Shown here: piece after piece, positions 26,371-39,650 of the stretch
How positions within the stretch are numbered: position 1 is the stretch's first letter
Layout: each line of letters begins with the position of its first letter
Origin: Camelus dromedarius
Lineage: Eukaryota
DNA length: 64,000 bases
Assembly (NCBI RefSeq): GCF_036321535.1
Contig: NC_087437.1
Coordinates: 91,328,001-91,392,000 of the forward strand
Direction of reading: 5' to 3'
The notes under the pieces: generated by a model
The model's database searches: none
What the model was told of the DNA's origin: nothing
The model's input: only the letters and a program-made list of their open reading frames with translations
Program-made: the position numbers and the translations under genes

Positions 26371-27574
26371 AAAGACAACATATTTGTTTGTATTTGTCCT
26401 TCAAAGATTATATAGGTTTTCACAGATTCTGAACAAAGCCATCAAATGAATATACTTCTTTTTCTTTTCCTTTTTTAATTTGCTACATTCACCCCCACAA
26501 ATTAGTTTTTATCAACTTTGTAATGGAGTATCTGATTTCACTTTCTTAACTTTCAAAATTTTCACAATAACTGGTCATTTTTTAATATCTTCTTTGAATT
26601 AATATGTACTTGAAACTTTATCCTCAATCATTTATTTTTTTGTCCCATGCCCTTGAAGTTCTGAAAATAACTGGACTCCTTTTGAAATTGAAAATAGCTT
26701 ACATTCTGTAAAAACAATCCAAATAAAACAAACAATAAATGTTGCTTAAAAAACATGTCTTAACCCAGTATTTTCACCAGATCCAGTACTGTCAGTGTTT
26801 TTCTAACTCATGATGCTCTTCCAGGTTTCCAAAATTCACTGATACCATTTATGTAGATCAGGGGAAGTTTTGTAACATGGCTCTAGGAATGCCTTGTGGT
26901 ATATCTTTGGTAAAATTTTCTAGACAAAAAGAAAAAAAAAGTTTCTTCCTTGTCCTGCATATATATTTGTGTGTATTACTTTAAAGCCTATGTGGAGATC
27001 TCTCTCAGGAACACAGTAATATAGTTGAATAATGAACTCTCGTTCTTGGGTACATTCTAAGTCCTCTTGAATCAAAGACAAAGAAGACATAACAGTAAGT
27101 TTAGTCCTCAGACATGATTTCCACCTTACAAATCCTGTGGAGTCACCGAAGTCAAATGTCTTAGGGTATACAGAAAATGATGCTTTCTCATACTGAAGTT
27201 ATCTATTATACATAAAGGGGAAAAACATGGCTGGTTTCGGAAAATCCAATTGTAGAAAGTCAAGTCAGGATGCTTTGGGTATTACTTTTCTGTTTATGAT
27301 ATTCTACAATCAATATAAATAGATTTTGCTTTGTTATATGTAGGCAGGAATTCCAGCAATGGTGCAATGGGTTAGATACACCAATGCAGTTGATCTATTC
27401 CATCACAGAAGAAACCTTAAAAATGGATATGTGGCATGTGTGACATGTCATTGACACTCATGTTATTTTCTGTATCTGAAGAGGACATAATCCTCCAAAG
27501 TTGGCAAAATTTTTTGCTTTTTTGCTTTTAATTGCCTACTTGAGTGTCATAGTTCCCAAAAGTCACTATACAGT

Positions 27575-28094
27575 GTTACTTATTATGGAAAATGGAAAAT
27601 GACCACAAATCCTTTGACATTACTCCAATTGAGAAATAGGATCTATGCCACTTCACTTTGAAATCAAGCAAATTTCCTGACTGCAAAGTGCAACAGAATG
27701 TTAAGATGTGATCATATACATGTATCTAGGCCCAGTCCTTAAGAGAGTGGCAGCTGAGTGTCCCTTGGAATACTTAATTTGTGAGAATTCCTTTTAAAAC
27801 AGCTGCTGTATTTTAAGTAGCCAGATCCCATGGAGAGGTTGTACAGGTGCTCTAGTAGTCAGCACCGTAAGAGTTTCCAGACAGTAGCATCAGTTGCCAC
27901 CATATGGGAAGTCCTCTTCATTGTCCACTCCTGAGACCGCTTCAGATGACTGCAGTATCTGGCTGCAACCACTTGACATAACCCAAAGGAGACCACATAG
28001 TTGAATAACCCACGGAAGGATGGAAGATAACAAAGTATGGTTTTATGCCACTGGATTTAATGTAATTCCTTTGCAGAAGTAGATAACCAAAACT
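27575..28094 (+). mobile_element. MaLR LTR (MLT1G/H-like)
   Basis: aatgaccacaaatcctttgaca, ccttaagagagtggcagct, ttcagatgactgcag and end agtagataaccaaaac. Confidence 0.8.
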
Positions 28095-29254
28095 AATCTC
28101 TTCATATTTATAAATCTTCCCAGTCAGAATCTCTGTTGTGTTGGCGAAGGTATTAAATTGTCACAATAAAGCAAGAGATTGGAAAGTTTTTCTTCTTTTC
28201 TGGTGCTATCTAATTTCATTTTTCCAAGGATCTGGGGGCAGTATTTGTGCCATGTGTCACTTTTTCAAATATGAGAAAAATTTGTTACTGCCCATTTAAT
28301 TCATTCAGAATAACAAAAGGCAGTTGATCTTTTCTCAAAATCTTCAGTGCTATGGCTCTATTTTCCCAAGGTTAAATAAAAAATAATAATAGGCAACATC
28401 TTGAATTTCATTCATTAAATTTTGTAATAACATCAAATTATTCACATTTTCAGTTTGAATATCCAGCCTATGTCATAGAATATTTACCAGATTGTCTTTG
28501 CTCTGCTAACAGTACTTTGGAGCTAATTTGCTGTACTCATGGATTATTTTTTATCAACATTGAATCATGGAAAGTTGGACCTTTTTCATTACCTCTAAAG
28601 TTTCATTATGTTTGCTCACCTTGTAAAAAAGTCTTTTTCTAAAACCACAGTCCACATGTTCCAAAGGCATTTATCCTTTAGTCATTGCTTTTGTTGTTCT
28701 CTTTTTTTCTCCAAGCTGTGAACATTACTGGAGACCTTTTCGCCTTCATTTGGATTAGTAGTTAGAAATTTGATATGGAAATCTTCCATACTCTCCACTC
28801 TCCCCACACAGTGAATGAAAGCCTCAAGCTATCATGTACTGTGGCCAAAGAATGATCACATCTTGAACCACAGGGCACATCAAATGTTTGGCCCTTGAGA
28901 CCATCCAGCAGCTGCCTCTGTCTCTCTGTATTGACATTGTTATAGCTGTAATATATCAGAGGATTAATTTAGCCAGTTTTTAAATGTTTCTCCATTGATT
29001 TGGGGAAAAGAACCATACAAAAAATTATTTTCAGTATTAGCATTTTATACTCTTTAAACGTGTACAAAACAGGAATTTGCATACTAGGGGACATCATACT
29101 CTAGGAAATGAGAAGCACCTTCATCCTCTATAAAGCTCTCGAAAATCTAACATCATTCTCCTTTCTTTCTGGAATGGAAAATACATTTTAAAATTTATGT
29201 ATTCAACTTTCAGGCAAATGATCTAGACTTATGGTTTCTAGAGTGTGGAGCACC

Positions 29255-29670
29255 ATTCATTCATCTAATCAACAAATAACTGATGGACATGTGTTGGCGT
29301 ACCATGTACCATCTGGGTCAGGACCTACAGAGGCTGCAAAACTCGTGCCATTATCAAGAGCCAGGCAATAAGCAAGTAAACACAGAAACAAACGAAGTAA
29401 GTTTGTGTTATGAAAAGAGCTATCCAGGAAGTAAACAAGCAGTTTTAGATATAACTCACCAATTAGGGGTGAGCAGAGAATCCTAAGTGTTGGGAAGGAG
29501 GCGGACATGAGGGGTAAGAGGAAGTGCATTTTAGGCAGCACAAAAACAAGCTTTACCCGTTTGAGCACTGAAATGTTGGCTAGTGCGAGTAGAGTTTAGT
29601 GTAAAAAGGGATGAGTGTTGTGAAAGTTGGAGAAGTGCAAAGAAGTTCAACTGGGTCAGGGATTATATTT
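29255..29670 (-). mobile_element. L2 3' region
   Basis: cattcattcatctaatcaacaaata...; attttaggcagcacaaaaacaagc. Confidence 0.7.
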
Positions 29671-29834
29671 CTTAGGGACATATATTTTGTTCTCCAGGCA
29701 TCTTCATAATTTAAGCAAACAGACACTGTTTTTAAAAAACAAGCCTCACAAGTACATCTAGGTCTTATTGCACATATAAGTAGAAGCAGCATTCCTTTTA
29801 CTTCCTTTATATAGCTAGTGGACAGAGATGATAA

Positions 29835-29876
29835 TGATAGATGATAGATATTTAGATACATAGATACATAGATAGA
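29835..29876. repeat. Imperfect (GATA/GATACATA)n microsatellite
   Basis: tgatagatgatagatatttagatacatagatacatagataga. Confidence 0.7.
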
Positions 29877-30094
29877 GAACCAGTGTTACCCTTTTTATAG
29901 TCAGTAAGATTGCAAGATTGCTTAGAGAAGAGTCAAACTGCATACTGCTGATATCGCCCCTACAGTACTAGCATAGTGCTGAATATCTTATTGGTACTTA
30001 ATATTATTGACCAGTTGACTACATTGTGTACATTTTTGGCAGTTTTATAGGCATCATCATTTTTGAAAAAAAAATTTTTGACCATCAGGCATTC

Positions 30095-30470
30095 CACTCT
30101 TCTTCTGCTTAACTGAAGCTCTATTTTGTGGGAAATCACCTGTTGACACACCCTTGGAAGATGCTACCTTTTCCCGTGTAGGTAGAAACAGCTTATAGTC
30201 ATGTGATTTGGGCTCAGCCAACTAGATAATTCCTTTAAGGTCTTTAAGGACTCCAGTATGTGAAACAGCAAATAGGAACAGCGAGGCTCAGACTCATAAC
30301 ATGAACAGCTCTAGCACACTGGCCATTTTCCCCCTTCATTCTGGTTTACAGTCACTCCTGAGCATGCTACATGTCCTTCCCATAGCACTGATTTTGCAGT
30401 ATTGTGAGTCTTCCATATCTTAACAATAAATATCTTCATTGCTTAAGAAAACAAGTTGTTTTCTATGATA
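30095..30470 (+). mobile_element. Old ERVL LTR (LTR16-like)
   Basis: gtcatgtgatttgggctcagccaact and aataaatatcttcattgcttaag...ttgttttct end motif. Confidence 0.55.
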
Positions 30471-32128
30471 TACTGGTTTACCTCCATAAATAGACTAAAT
30501 GTATCTATATTTATCTATAACACTGTATATTATATTAACATTTACATACTAATCTATAAAATACTACATATTGCATTTCCGCAGGAAATACTTACCAATA
30601 TTTTCTGAGAAAAAAATGCCAATTTCAATATTGCAGTATATTGACAAAATAGGTTAATTAATGGCTCTTAGTATATTTTTAATCTGTGGTTCTAAAATTC
30701 TGTAGTTCTAAAAAGATACTATGTTAATTTTAGAAAAGAAGAAACAAACTGTTGAATAGGTATTTAAGCTAAAATTTACTTAAATAGATATTTAAGAAGT
30801 TTAAAGAAACAAACCTTGATCCTATACTAATAAAATACATATTTCTAGTTAAATGTTTATATACATTTTGTTTTCATTTATACTTAAAGTGAAGTACATA
30901 GGAGCCATCAGTTTTTAGCCATCAAAAAGACCAGATGTCAATGGTGAGATAGAGAAAGCATGGGACTTTCATTCCATTCACACTGATTGGTTCCTTTTCT
31001 CTGACATACCTTATATTTTTCACCCTATAAATTTCTTCATGCAAATTTCAACCTCTCCTGTCTGTACAGTTCCTCTTAAACCAGCTAGGAGCGGATGAAT
31101 TCTCATCTCCTGTAGAATTTCTCTGACAGCTAGAATTGAGCACTCCAAAGTCAGAGCTCATTTGGCACTTTTAATTTTCATGTCTATTTGCAAGTAAGAC
31201 AAGGCTGGTGTTTCTGAGTCACTAGATAGAATCCAGGCCCTGTTGAGGGAGACACTCTGCCTTATTTTTGTTTGTTTATTTGTTTTCTAGTTGTGCAGTT
31301 TTTCCAAAGATTTAACATGATTGTTGATAAGATGTACGTAGACCTAGAAAAACAGTAAGACATAAGACTGGGTGAAAAATAGGAGATTTATTAGGTGATG
31401 TTTTATTCCAAAACAGAATACAACAGTCACAAAACCCATTTTCTCTGACCTTCAAGTCTCCACAGATTTTCCCAGTGCTTCTAATAATCCCTGAACAGAA
31501 AAAGGATCTTGTTATGTCCATTGCTTTTATTCTCCTCTCAGGAATTTTTATACAGTTCTCTGCCTCTCCTTACTGTTTTGAAAACTGACAACACACTTGC
31601 CCATTTCCAAGTGCAAGTAACAGATCACAGGCCCTGTCCAATCCTGAGCATTTACTTAAAAACTAAGTGAGTCAAAGGTAATTTCACAGGCTTTCTAGCC
31701 TTCAGTAGGCCTAAGTTTCATCCTTGCCTGAGGCCATTTCTAGAACAGAAAAATTTAGCACAGTATCTTTTCCATATTAGGAGCTGAAATATTTGTAGTT
31801 CAGTTCAAAGACACCATGCATTGGCAGTGATTTCTGTAAGTTTGTTTCCCAGTGTATTACTGCAGACTTTCTTATTTACCTTATAATTCTCCCTTGGCAA
31901 TATCAAGTTGGTTGTCCCCAACGTATAAGAGGCAGACTGCAAAATAAGGTTCCCATTTTCACTTTCTGCCTTCTTCCATGTCTAAGCAGAACTTAACTCT
32001 CTCTTGTTAGGCTCTGAATTTTTATTTCAGATAATAACAGTAAAAATGTGTATGTATATGGAGGTGACAAGGGCCTGACTATTGTGGGAGACTAGATAAT
32101 AAATAACTTGAAAGATGCTAAAAATATG

Positions 32129-32514
32129 TGTATTAGTTTCCTAGGACTGCTGTAACAAATCCCCATACACTGGCTGGCTTAGAACAACACAGATTTTTTT
32201 CACGGTTCAGGAAAGCTCTAGTAAGGCTTCTTCCTTGCCTCTTCTCAGCTTCCGGTGATCGCCAACAACCTGGCATTTCTTAGTTTACAGACAGAGCACT
32301 CCAGTTTCTATCTTCCTTGTCACGTGGTATTCTCCCTGTGCATCTCTTCGACTCTCTTTGTGAGGACATAGTCATATTTAAGGCACACCCTAATCCAGTA
32401 TGACCTCATCTTAACTAAATCCATTTGCAAAGACTCTGTGTTCAAATAAGGTCATATTCACAGGTACAGGGATTTAGGATTTAAGACATTTTGGGGGGGC
32501 ACAATTCAATAACA
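32129..32514 (-). mobile_element. MaLR solo LTR (MLT1C-like)
   Basis: tgtattagtttcctaggactgctgtaacaaat start; ccctaatccagtatgacctcatcttaact; caaataaggtcatattcacaggtac. Confidence 0.92.
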
Positions 32515-32520
32515 AATGAT

Positions 32521-32607
32521 AAGAAGGAAGGAAAGGAAAGAAAGAAAGGAAAAAAAAAAAAAAAGAGAAGGAAAGAGGAAGAAAGAAAAAGAAGGAAGGG
32601 AGAAAAA
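32521..32607 (+). repeat. Pure-purine (GA-rich) low-complexity tract, 87 nt
   Basis: No pyrimidine on the + strand across the interval. Confidence 0.9.
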
Positions 32608-33673
32608 TCCTGTAGAAGAAAAATGTAATAGCCTTATAGCTTGAGTTGTTGGGAATAGTTTTTCATTTGAATTGGTTTTGTTTGATTTTTTGGAGAAGAA
32701 GAAGCCTTTTTAAGCAGTGAGGGTGTATTACAGGTTAAGAAAGAGGAGGATGTAAATTCCTATCCTGGATGGTGCTAGAGAAGAGGAACTCGAGTTCTTG
32801 CTTAATCCCTCAGAATATTGAATATCACCAAGTTCATACTTAGAATTCAGAAAATAAATTTCAAATGACAAAAATTCATGATTTAATTAATACACAGTTT
32901 ATGAATACCTGCTATGTGTTATAAATGGTATTCTTCTCTGAGTAAAATTGGGTTAGCTTTCTTTCTTTTAAAATTTTTATAGCCAAACTATTCTTTAGTT
33001 AATTTTGTAAAATATTAGATTGGAAGAGGCCTAGAATTTTTTAAAAGCTATATTAGATAGTACTAGAGATAATTGACAAAATAGAGAATTAAAACAATAC
33101 CATCTGTATTGCTGTAACTTGAACACAAATATTATCTCCATTATGTGATATTTGGTGTCATTTTATAAAATATGCATATATTTTAAAGTAGTAGTCTCAA
33201 GCTTATTATTTTATTATTTTCTGAGCATAACTATACATTTTAAATTAAATCCTAGATTATGGCTATAAATGTAATTTTATATTTTATAACTACTATTGAA
33301 GCTTAGGAAAAAACAGAGTAGACTTCATATTTATTTATTTTGTTTTTATTCTGTTTTTTAAAGTTTCCTATTTCAAGATTTCCTTTATATCATGTAACAA
33401 TGTATTTATGTTGTAGTCATCAAATGGAAGAATGACATTTGTAACTAATTTGGAATTCTGATATTTTTTTCACCCTTAACAGTTCATTTCCACAACAAAG
33501 ACATTTAATTTATTTAACCATATGGCATTCTGTGTTTTATCTTCCAATGTAAAACAAGTAAGCTAAGGATGCTCAACTTATCTAATTTTCATATTTTAAA
33601 AATATTTCTTCCTTTGTAGTTTTCAATAGATAACATTCTTACTTTGTATGTTAAACATGCAGTTGTTTAAGTT

Positions 33674-34035
33674 AAACTGAGTATTTGAGATAATAGATCA
33701 TCATGCAGTTTTAAGAAATAATACAGTGATCCCTTGTACTCTTTACTTAGTTCTCTCTGATGGTACTATCTTGTAAAATTATTGTACAGTATCACAAACA
33801 GGATAATGATACTGGGATAAATCGAGATGCAAAATATTTCCATCAACACAAGGATCCCCTCATGTTGCTTTTATAACCACCTTCTCTTCCTCCCACCTCT
33901 GCTCACTCTTTAAACTCTGGAAACCACTAATAAGTTTTCCATTTTTATATTTTTTCAGGTCAAGCATATTATATAAATGGAATTATAAAAAATGAAATCT
34001 CTAGGGACCATCTTTTTTCATTCAGTAAAATTCTC
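33674..34035 (-). mobile_element. L1MC/MD-like 3' end
   Basis: tttgagataat...catgcagttttaagaaataatacag...atttccatcaacacaaggatccc matches recalled L1MC1-type 3' UTR. Confidence 0.8.
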
Positions 34036-34078
34036 ATCTTTCAGGTTATTAAAACACAAACTATATTTTTCCCATGGA

Positions 34079-34797
34079 AGGGGAAAGCCATTTGCAAATC
34101 ATTTAGTTGATAAGGATTGCTATCCAGAAAATATAAACAACTTCTATAAAAAAGGCAAATCCCCATTAAAAATAGACAAATGATTTGAATAGACATTTCT
34201 ACAAAGAAGACATATAAATGGCCAATAAGCACATGGAAGGATGCTCAGCATCACTGATCATTAGGGGAATGCAAATCAAAACCACAAAGAGATACCCTTA
34301 ACATCCATTAGGATGGTTATTATTATTTGAAAAATAAAACAAAATGGAAAAAATACTAAGTGTTGGTGAGAGTGTGGAGAAATTGGAACTCTTGTGTCTT
34401 GTTGATAGGAAGAGAAAATAATGCAGCACCTACGGAAACCAATATGGCAGTTCCTCAAAAAGTCAAAATGAAAGTCTTCAAATGATCACATAGTTCCATA
34501 TACTGGGTGTATACTCAAAAGAATTGAGATCAGGGACCCAAACAAATGTGTATACCCATGTTTATACCAGCATTATTCACATTAGCCAAAGAGTGAAAGC
34601 AACTCAAGTCGCTTCCATCCAGTGATGGATGAATAGATAAAAGGTGTTATATATGTGTAATGGAATATCATTCAGTCTTTAAAAGGAAGGAAATTCTGAC
34701 ATATGCTACATATGACATGGATGAACCTTGAAGAAGTTATGCTAAGAGAAATAAGACAGATATAAAGGAGAAATTTCATATGATTCTACTTACGTGA
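34079..34797 (+). mobile_element. L1MA/MB-like ORF2 end plus start of 3' UTR
   Basis: atttgcaaatcat, gaatagacatttctacaaagaaga, atgcaaatcaaaaccaca and catggatgaaccttgaa; ends abruptly at the LTR. Confidence 0.9.
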
Positions 34798-35135
34798 TGT
34801 ATTAGTCAGGGTTTTCCAGAAACACAGAACAATAGGATGTCCAGTAGTCTGAAGAGTCAGGGAAGAGTGGATATTGCAGCTCAACTCAAAAGGCAGTCTG
34901 GAAGTCAGAATTCCCTCTCCCTGGGAAGACCTCAGTCTTTTTTCCTTTAAGGCCTTCAAATGATTGGATGAGACTCATCCACATTAGGAAGAGTAATCAG
35001 CTCAAAGTCTAATGATTTAAATGTTAGTCTAGTCTTAAAATGTACCTTCACAGAGACATTTAGACTGTTGTTTGTTCTGGATACTGTGCCTTAGCCATGT
35101 TGACCACAAAAAAAAAAAAAAAATTAACCATAACA
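34798..35135 (-). mobile_element. ERV-L 3' LTR (MLT2D-like)
   Basis: tgtattagtcagggttttccaga at one end and aaattaaccataaca at the other; aaggccttcaaatgattggatgag. Confidence 0.92.
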
Positions 35136-36225
35136 AGGTCATCTCTTGTCACTATGGCACCCATATACCGCTCCTTAAATAATACCTAATCTCCAAATAT
35201 AGACAGTAACAAAGTCATGCTTCCACCTAACATGATAGAACTATCCTGCATATAACCAAAACACATTAAGTCTTTCCCTAGAAGAGAATGCAAAGAGTGA
35301 TTTTTCACTCTCTCCCTTGATGTCTAGTAATCTAAATGCTATGAAGTAAAATTAACAATATTTAACACTGTCATGTAAAGTAGTGGTTCATTACCTGATC
35401 TGACCCAAACCCTCATTCCTGAAGGGTCTAGACCATTAGTAGTTCTGCCTGAATTGGATTGTTTTATTTTTCTATTGCCTTTATTCACAGGGAATAGTGA
35501 TACTAAGAGACAGCCTAAGGGATCTTCTGTATCCATGTAAACTTTTTTCCTATCTTCATTGTGGAATAGCAGTCTATTTTCCAGTGGTAATCAGGATCAA
35601 GCACCCTAGCCAGCATAGTAATTCTCATATTTGCCTGTTGTTTCAGAGTAACTAAGAGCCCAAAGTAACCTGGTAGCAATCTTAAAGTACAGTTCAATAG
35701 GATTTTTGTTGCATCTCTAGCCGGAAGTGCCCTTCCCTTTGAAACTAAGATGTTCAGGCCAGTAGAGCATAAAGTCATGAAAACAGGAGGCAAATTTTTT
35801 TCTAGGACGTTTCTCCCATTTCTACTTCTTGATTTACTTAGAGCATCTACCTGGAGAACTTTGCCCCAGCCTTGCAAGATTTGCCACCTAGCTGGCACTG
35901 TAGTTGAGTCTTCAAAAGGTCATTCCATGATTCTATCAAGCCAACTGCTTCAGGATAGTTGGGAACATGGTAGGGCCAGTTAATTCCATGAACATGGGTG
36001 CATTTTTGCATTTCATTTGCTATGAACAGAATTGCTTGATCAGAAGCATGGCTGGGTAGAATACCATGACAGTGGATAAGGCATTCTGTAAGTATACAAT
36101 GGTAGCTTTTGCAGAAGCATTGGATGCAGAAAATTCAAATCTGTATCCAGAGTAAGTGTTTATTCCAGTAAAAACAAAATTCTGCCCCTTTCATGATGAA
36201 AGCAGTTCAGTGTAATCAACCTGCT
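35136..36225 (-). mobile_element. ERV-L internal sequence: decayed integrase and dUTPase
   Basis: Minus-strand translation QVDY...TGINTYSGY...HASDQ...PEAVGLIESWNDLLKTQ (integrase core) followed by LRLLPGYFGLL...RVLDPDY (dUTPase-like) and DPSGMRVWV; stops and frameshifts present. Confidence 0.9.
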
Positions 36226-37563
36226 TAGGTTCTTGAATCTGTAGCCTTATGTCTCTTGTCAAAATGCAAAGTTCTCAGTCATTATTTCTTCAAATACCTT
36301 TTATCCCACCATCTTTTTCTCTTCTGAGACTTGACCTTTTTGCATGTTCTATATTTTTGTTTGTTTGTTGTCATTATAATCCTACAGAGTCTTGAATCTC
36401 TGTTCATTATTTAAAATTTATTTTTCTCTCTGTTTGCATTGGTTAATTTCTGTTTTTCTATCTTCCAGTTTATTGATTCTTTCCTCTTTCTCCTTCATTC
36501 TCCTGTTAAGGCCATTCACTGAATTTTTCATCTTATTTTATTTTTCAATTCTAAAATATGCATTTGATTCTTCTTTGTATCTTCTTTTTCTTTGATGATG
36601 CTTTCTAAGTTTACATTTGTTTCAAGAATGTTCATAATTACTCACTGAAGCATTTTTGTCTGGCTGCTTTAAACTAGTGGTCACGTAATCCTAGCATTTC
36701 TGTCATCTCGACGGTGGGATCTATTGATTGTCTTTTTGCATTCAGTCTAAGATCTTCCTGTTTTTTTGATATGACAGGGTTTTTTTAATTGAAATTATGA
36801 GATTTTTGGATAAGATAAGACTGGATATTATCTAAAATATTTATTTGTTTTATGTAGCTATTTGACAGTAGTTCAGCAGGAGGGAGGGGAACACCACCTT
36901 GATACTTCTAGGTAGACATAGAAGTCCACTGCTTGGCTTCTGTTGATTCCTCAAGTGGTAGATCTACTTCTTGCTCCTTGGCAGGAATTCTCCACTGATG
37001 TATTCTCCACTGATACCACATTGGAATTGTCTTTGTTGCCTCTGGATAGTGGTGAAAGAGCAGACTCTCACTGAGCCTCTCGGATGCTGTCCTGATGCGG
37101 ATGCTCAGATACCTCATTATATTCTTGTAAAGGTGAAAATCTAAGCTCCCCATTTGGCCTTTGCTGGCATGGGTGGTAGGGGTACCCGTTTTTATGGTGT
37201 TCAGCAGGAGGAGACTGTTTATTGTCTGAAAGTTTTCTTTCTTACTGAGCTGCCCTTTTCTTGGTCCTTTGGCTATGAGAACAGGCTTTTGTTGGGGATC
37301 TTCTTCCTAGATCCTTTAGCATTTCTAGACTGCTGGCTTCTTCAGTTCCATGTCTGGGGTATATGAGGCAAAAAGAACATCCAAGGAACTCATTACTATG
37401 TTGTTCTTCTGGCCTCAGAATCCTTAGTTGATCTGACTGCTTTTCTTCACTTTCAGAATCTTCTTATGTTTGTTTTGTATATAATATTAAGGGTTTTTAG
37501 TTGTACTTGTTGGGAAAAATAGAGGAAAGTGTGTCTACTCCGTCTTTTTAGAAGCAGAAGTCC
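36226..37563 (-). mobile_element. L1MC/MD-like 5' UTR/ORF1 region including the element's 5' terminus
   Basis: aagttctcagtcattatttcttcaaata (antisense ORF1 motif) and terminal tctactccgtc...gaagcagaagtc. Confidence 0.75.
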
Positions 37564-38964
37564 TCCAGCTGATTTAAGCTTTTGCATTTAATAGTATCCT
37601 CAAGATATATTATAAATATTTCTTTGAAAATTTATTTGTTTTCCTTGTAATAGCTTGCTATATAAATAACAGTCCCACTTTCTTTAACAAGTTATAATCT
37701 TATTTGCAAATATTAGATATTTCAAAGTCATGATGATGTATATGCACAAATTTAATTCATTTTAACAAATGGATTCTCATAACATCACATTAATGAGTTT
37801 TTATTTCTACCAAAATAGCCAGCTTAACAGTTGGAGTAATTAAACTTAAAATTTAAATATAAGTAATACACTTGTTTATTTGTTATAATTGGGCCAACTA
37901 AACTATTTTTAGTTAGGCTGATTTCTATTTGATTTAATTAACAGGCCATTTTGATTTTTAAAAATTTTACAGTCTACCAGAAAAAGTTCTAGTTTTTGTC
38001 TTTTATAAGAGACCTTCTAGCCATTTTACGCTGTATGTTTGCTGTGAAATTTTAAAACAAGGGGCACAAGAACAGGCCAAAGCCTACTCACTTTCTACAT
38101 GGATATTGGTGACAAGATGAAGATTATCAATCTATACTTATTTTCCAAACCCAAAAACTAACAAGGAGAAATTCACATTTGATTATGGTCTTACTATTCT
38201 CAACTTTGTCATGAAATCTAAGGTTTTAAAGACAAACTTTTCTTGGACCATAGTTAGGAATTATATTCCCAGTGATCACATCTCAGGAAGGTTGTAGGCT
38301 CTTTTAAAAGCCACATTTTACAACGAAAAGGAGCATAAAAAAATCTGTTTGAAGGGATAAAAAAGGGAGGATGTGTCAAGAGTATCGAAGTGATGGTTAA
38401 GTGCTGCTATACAGATAGGCATAGAATTGGAGAGTGAAACTTCCAGGTATTACATGTTGGAAACAACAGTGTTTATGAAGTATTACGGTGTTTGAGCTTT
38501 GACATTTTAAACAGCAGGTTTGTTGGTCCCATCTTTTTCTTAGTCTATGACCTAAAGTTTCAGGGGACCTTTAGATGTCTGTTATTTCTAAAAGAATTGA
38601 GTCTGAGATGATCATCTCCTTTGCATGCACAGTATCTGCTATGTAGTTTGTGCTTGAGGCAGATGCTAGGAAAAATATGAATGAGAATGACATTGTATTC
38701 TTTTTTTCATTGTTTTATCCCATTATGGCTACCCTTATCTATTTCTTAATTAACTCTTAACTGAGTTATTGTTAAATTGTTTTATTTACTGTTGCCAAAT
38801 TTATCTTGTAAAAACCCCAATTTTTGTTGTCTCATATCTATTGAAAACACTTTAATGCCTCCCCGTAACCTTTAAAAGAGAAACTAAATAATTTGTTATT
38901 CCAGTTTTTCCATTAGTTTAAAATATATCTTCTGATTTTACTTTCACAAATTATCTATTTGTAA

Positions 38965-39300
38965 TAATCATGGTGATGATGATGATGATGATTATAGTAA
39001 TAATAATGTCCAGCCATATATAACAGATAACATTTGTCAGGCATTATTCTTTTTTCCTTACACATAGTAAAATTTTAGTCTTCATTTAAATTTAATCTTC
39101 ATTCAAATTTAACTTAATTTAATCCTCATTTAATTTAATCCCATTCAAACCAGCAGATGTTTTTTATATTCTCCACTTCATGCAAGAGGAAACTGAGGCA
39201 AAAATTAAGTTAAGCAACTTGCTCAAAGTCACAGAGATAGAAGTTAGCTGAGCTGCATTTGAAGAGACTCTCTAGAATCTGTGTTACTAACTTCTACGTT
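38965..39300 (-). mobile_element. MIR SINE with (GAT)n tail and internal tandem expansion
   Basis: gaggaaactgaggca...gttaagcaacttgctcaaagtcacagag core motif. Confidence 0.85.
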
Positions 39301-39399
39301 CAGTTGTCTCTCTAAACTAAGCATTTGTTGTATTCTATCACTATATTAAAATTTACTAATTTTTACTATGGATTCTCAATCTTTAATGTTTTAAAGTGA

Positions 39400-39650
39400 A
39401 AAATCCTATGAAATTTTCAAAGTCCTGTCAAGTTTCATCTTTTCCACAAAACCTTCCATGGTTCAAGTTTGAAGTAATCTCTCCTTCCCAGTGATCATAT
39501 ATCTTTTACCTTATGGGACATACTGCTTTCTGCCTTGTATTTTAGTGATTTATAATCTTATATTTAATAGACTGTAAGCTATTTAAAAGTTGAGACATTG
39601 TTTGCACATTAACTTTCGCAACACTACACAACCAGCAGTTACTAAGTATC
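39400..39650 (+). mobile_element. L2 3' fragment
   Basis: catctttccacaaaaccttcc-like motif and tagactgtaagct. Confidence 0.5.
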
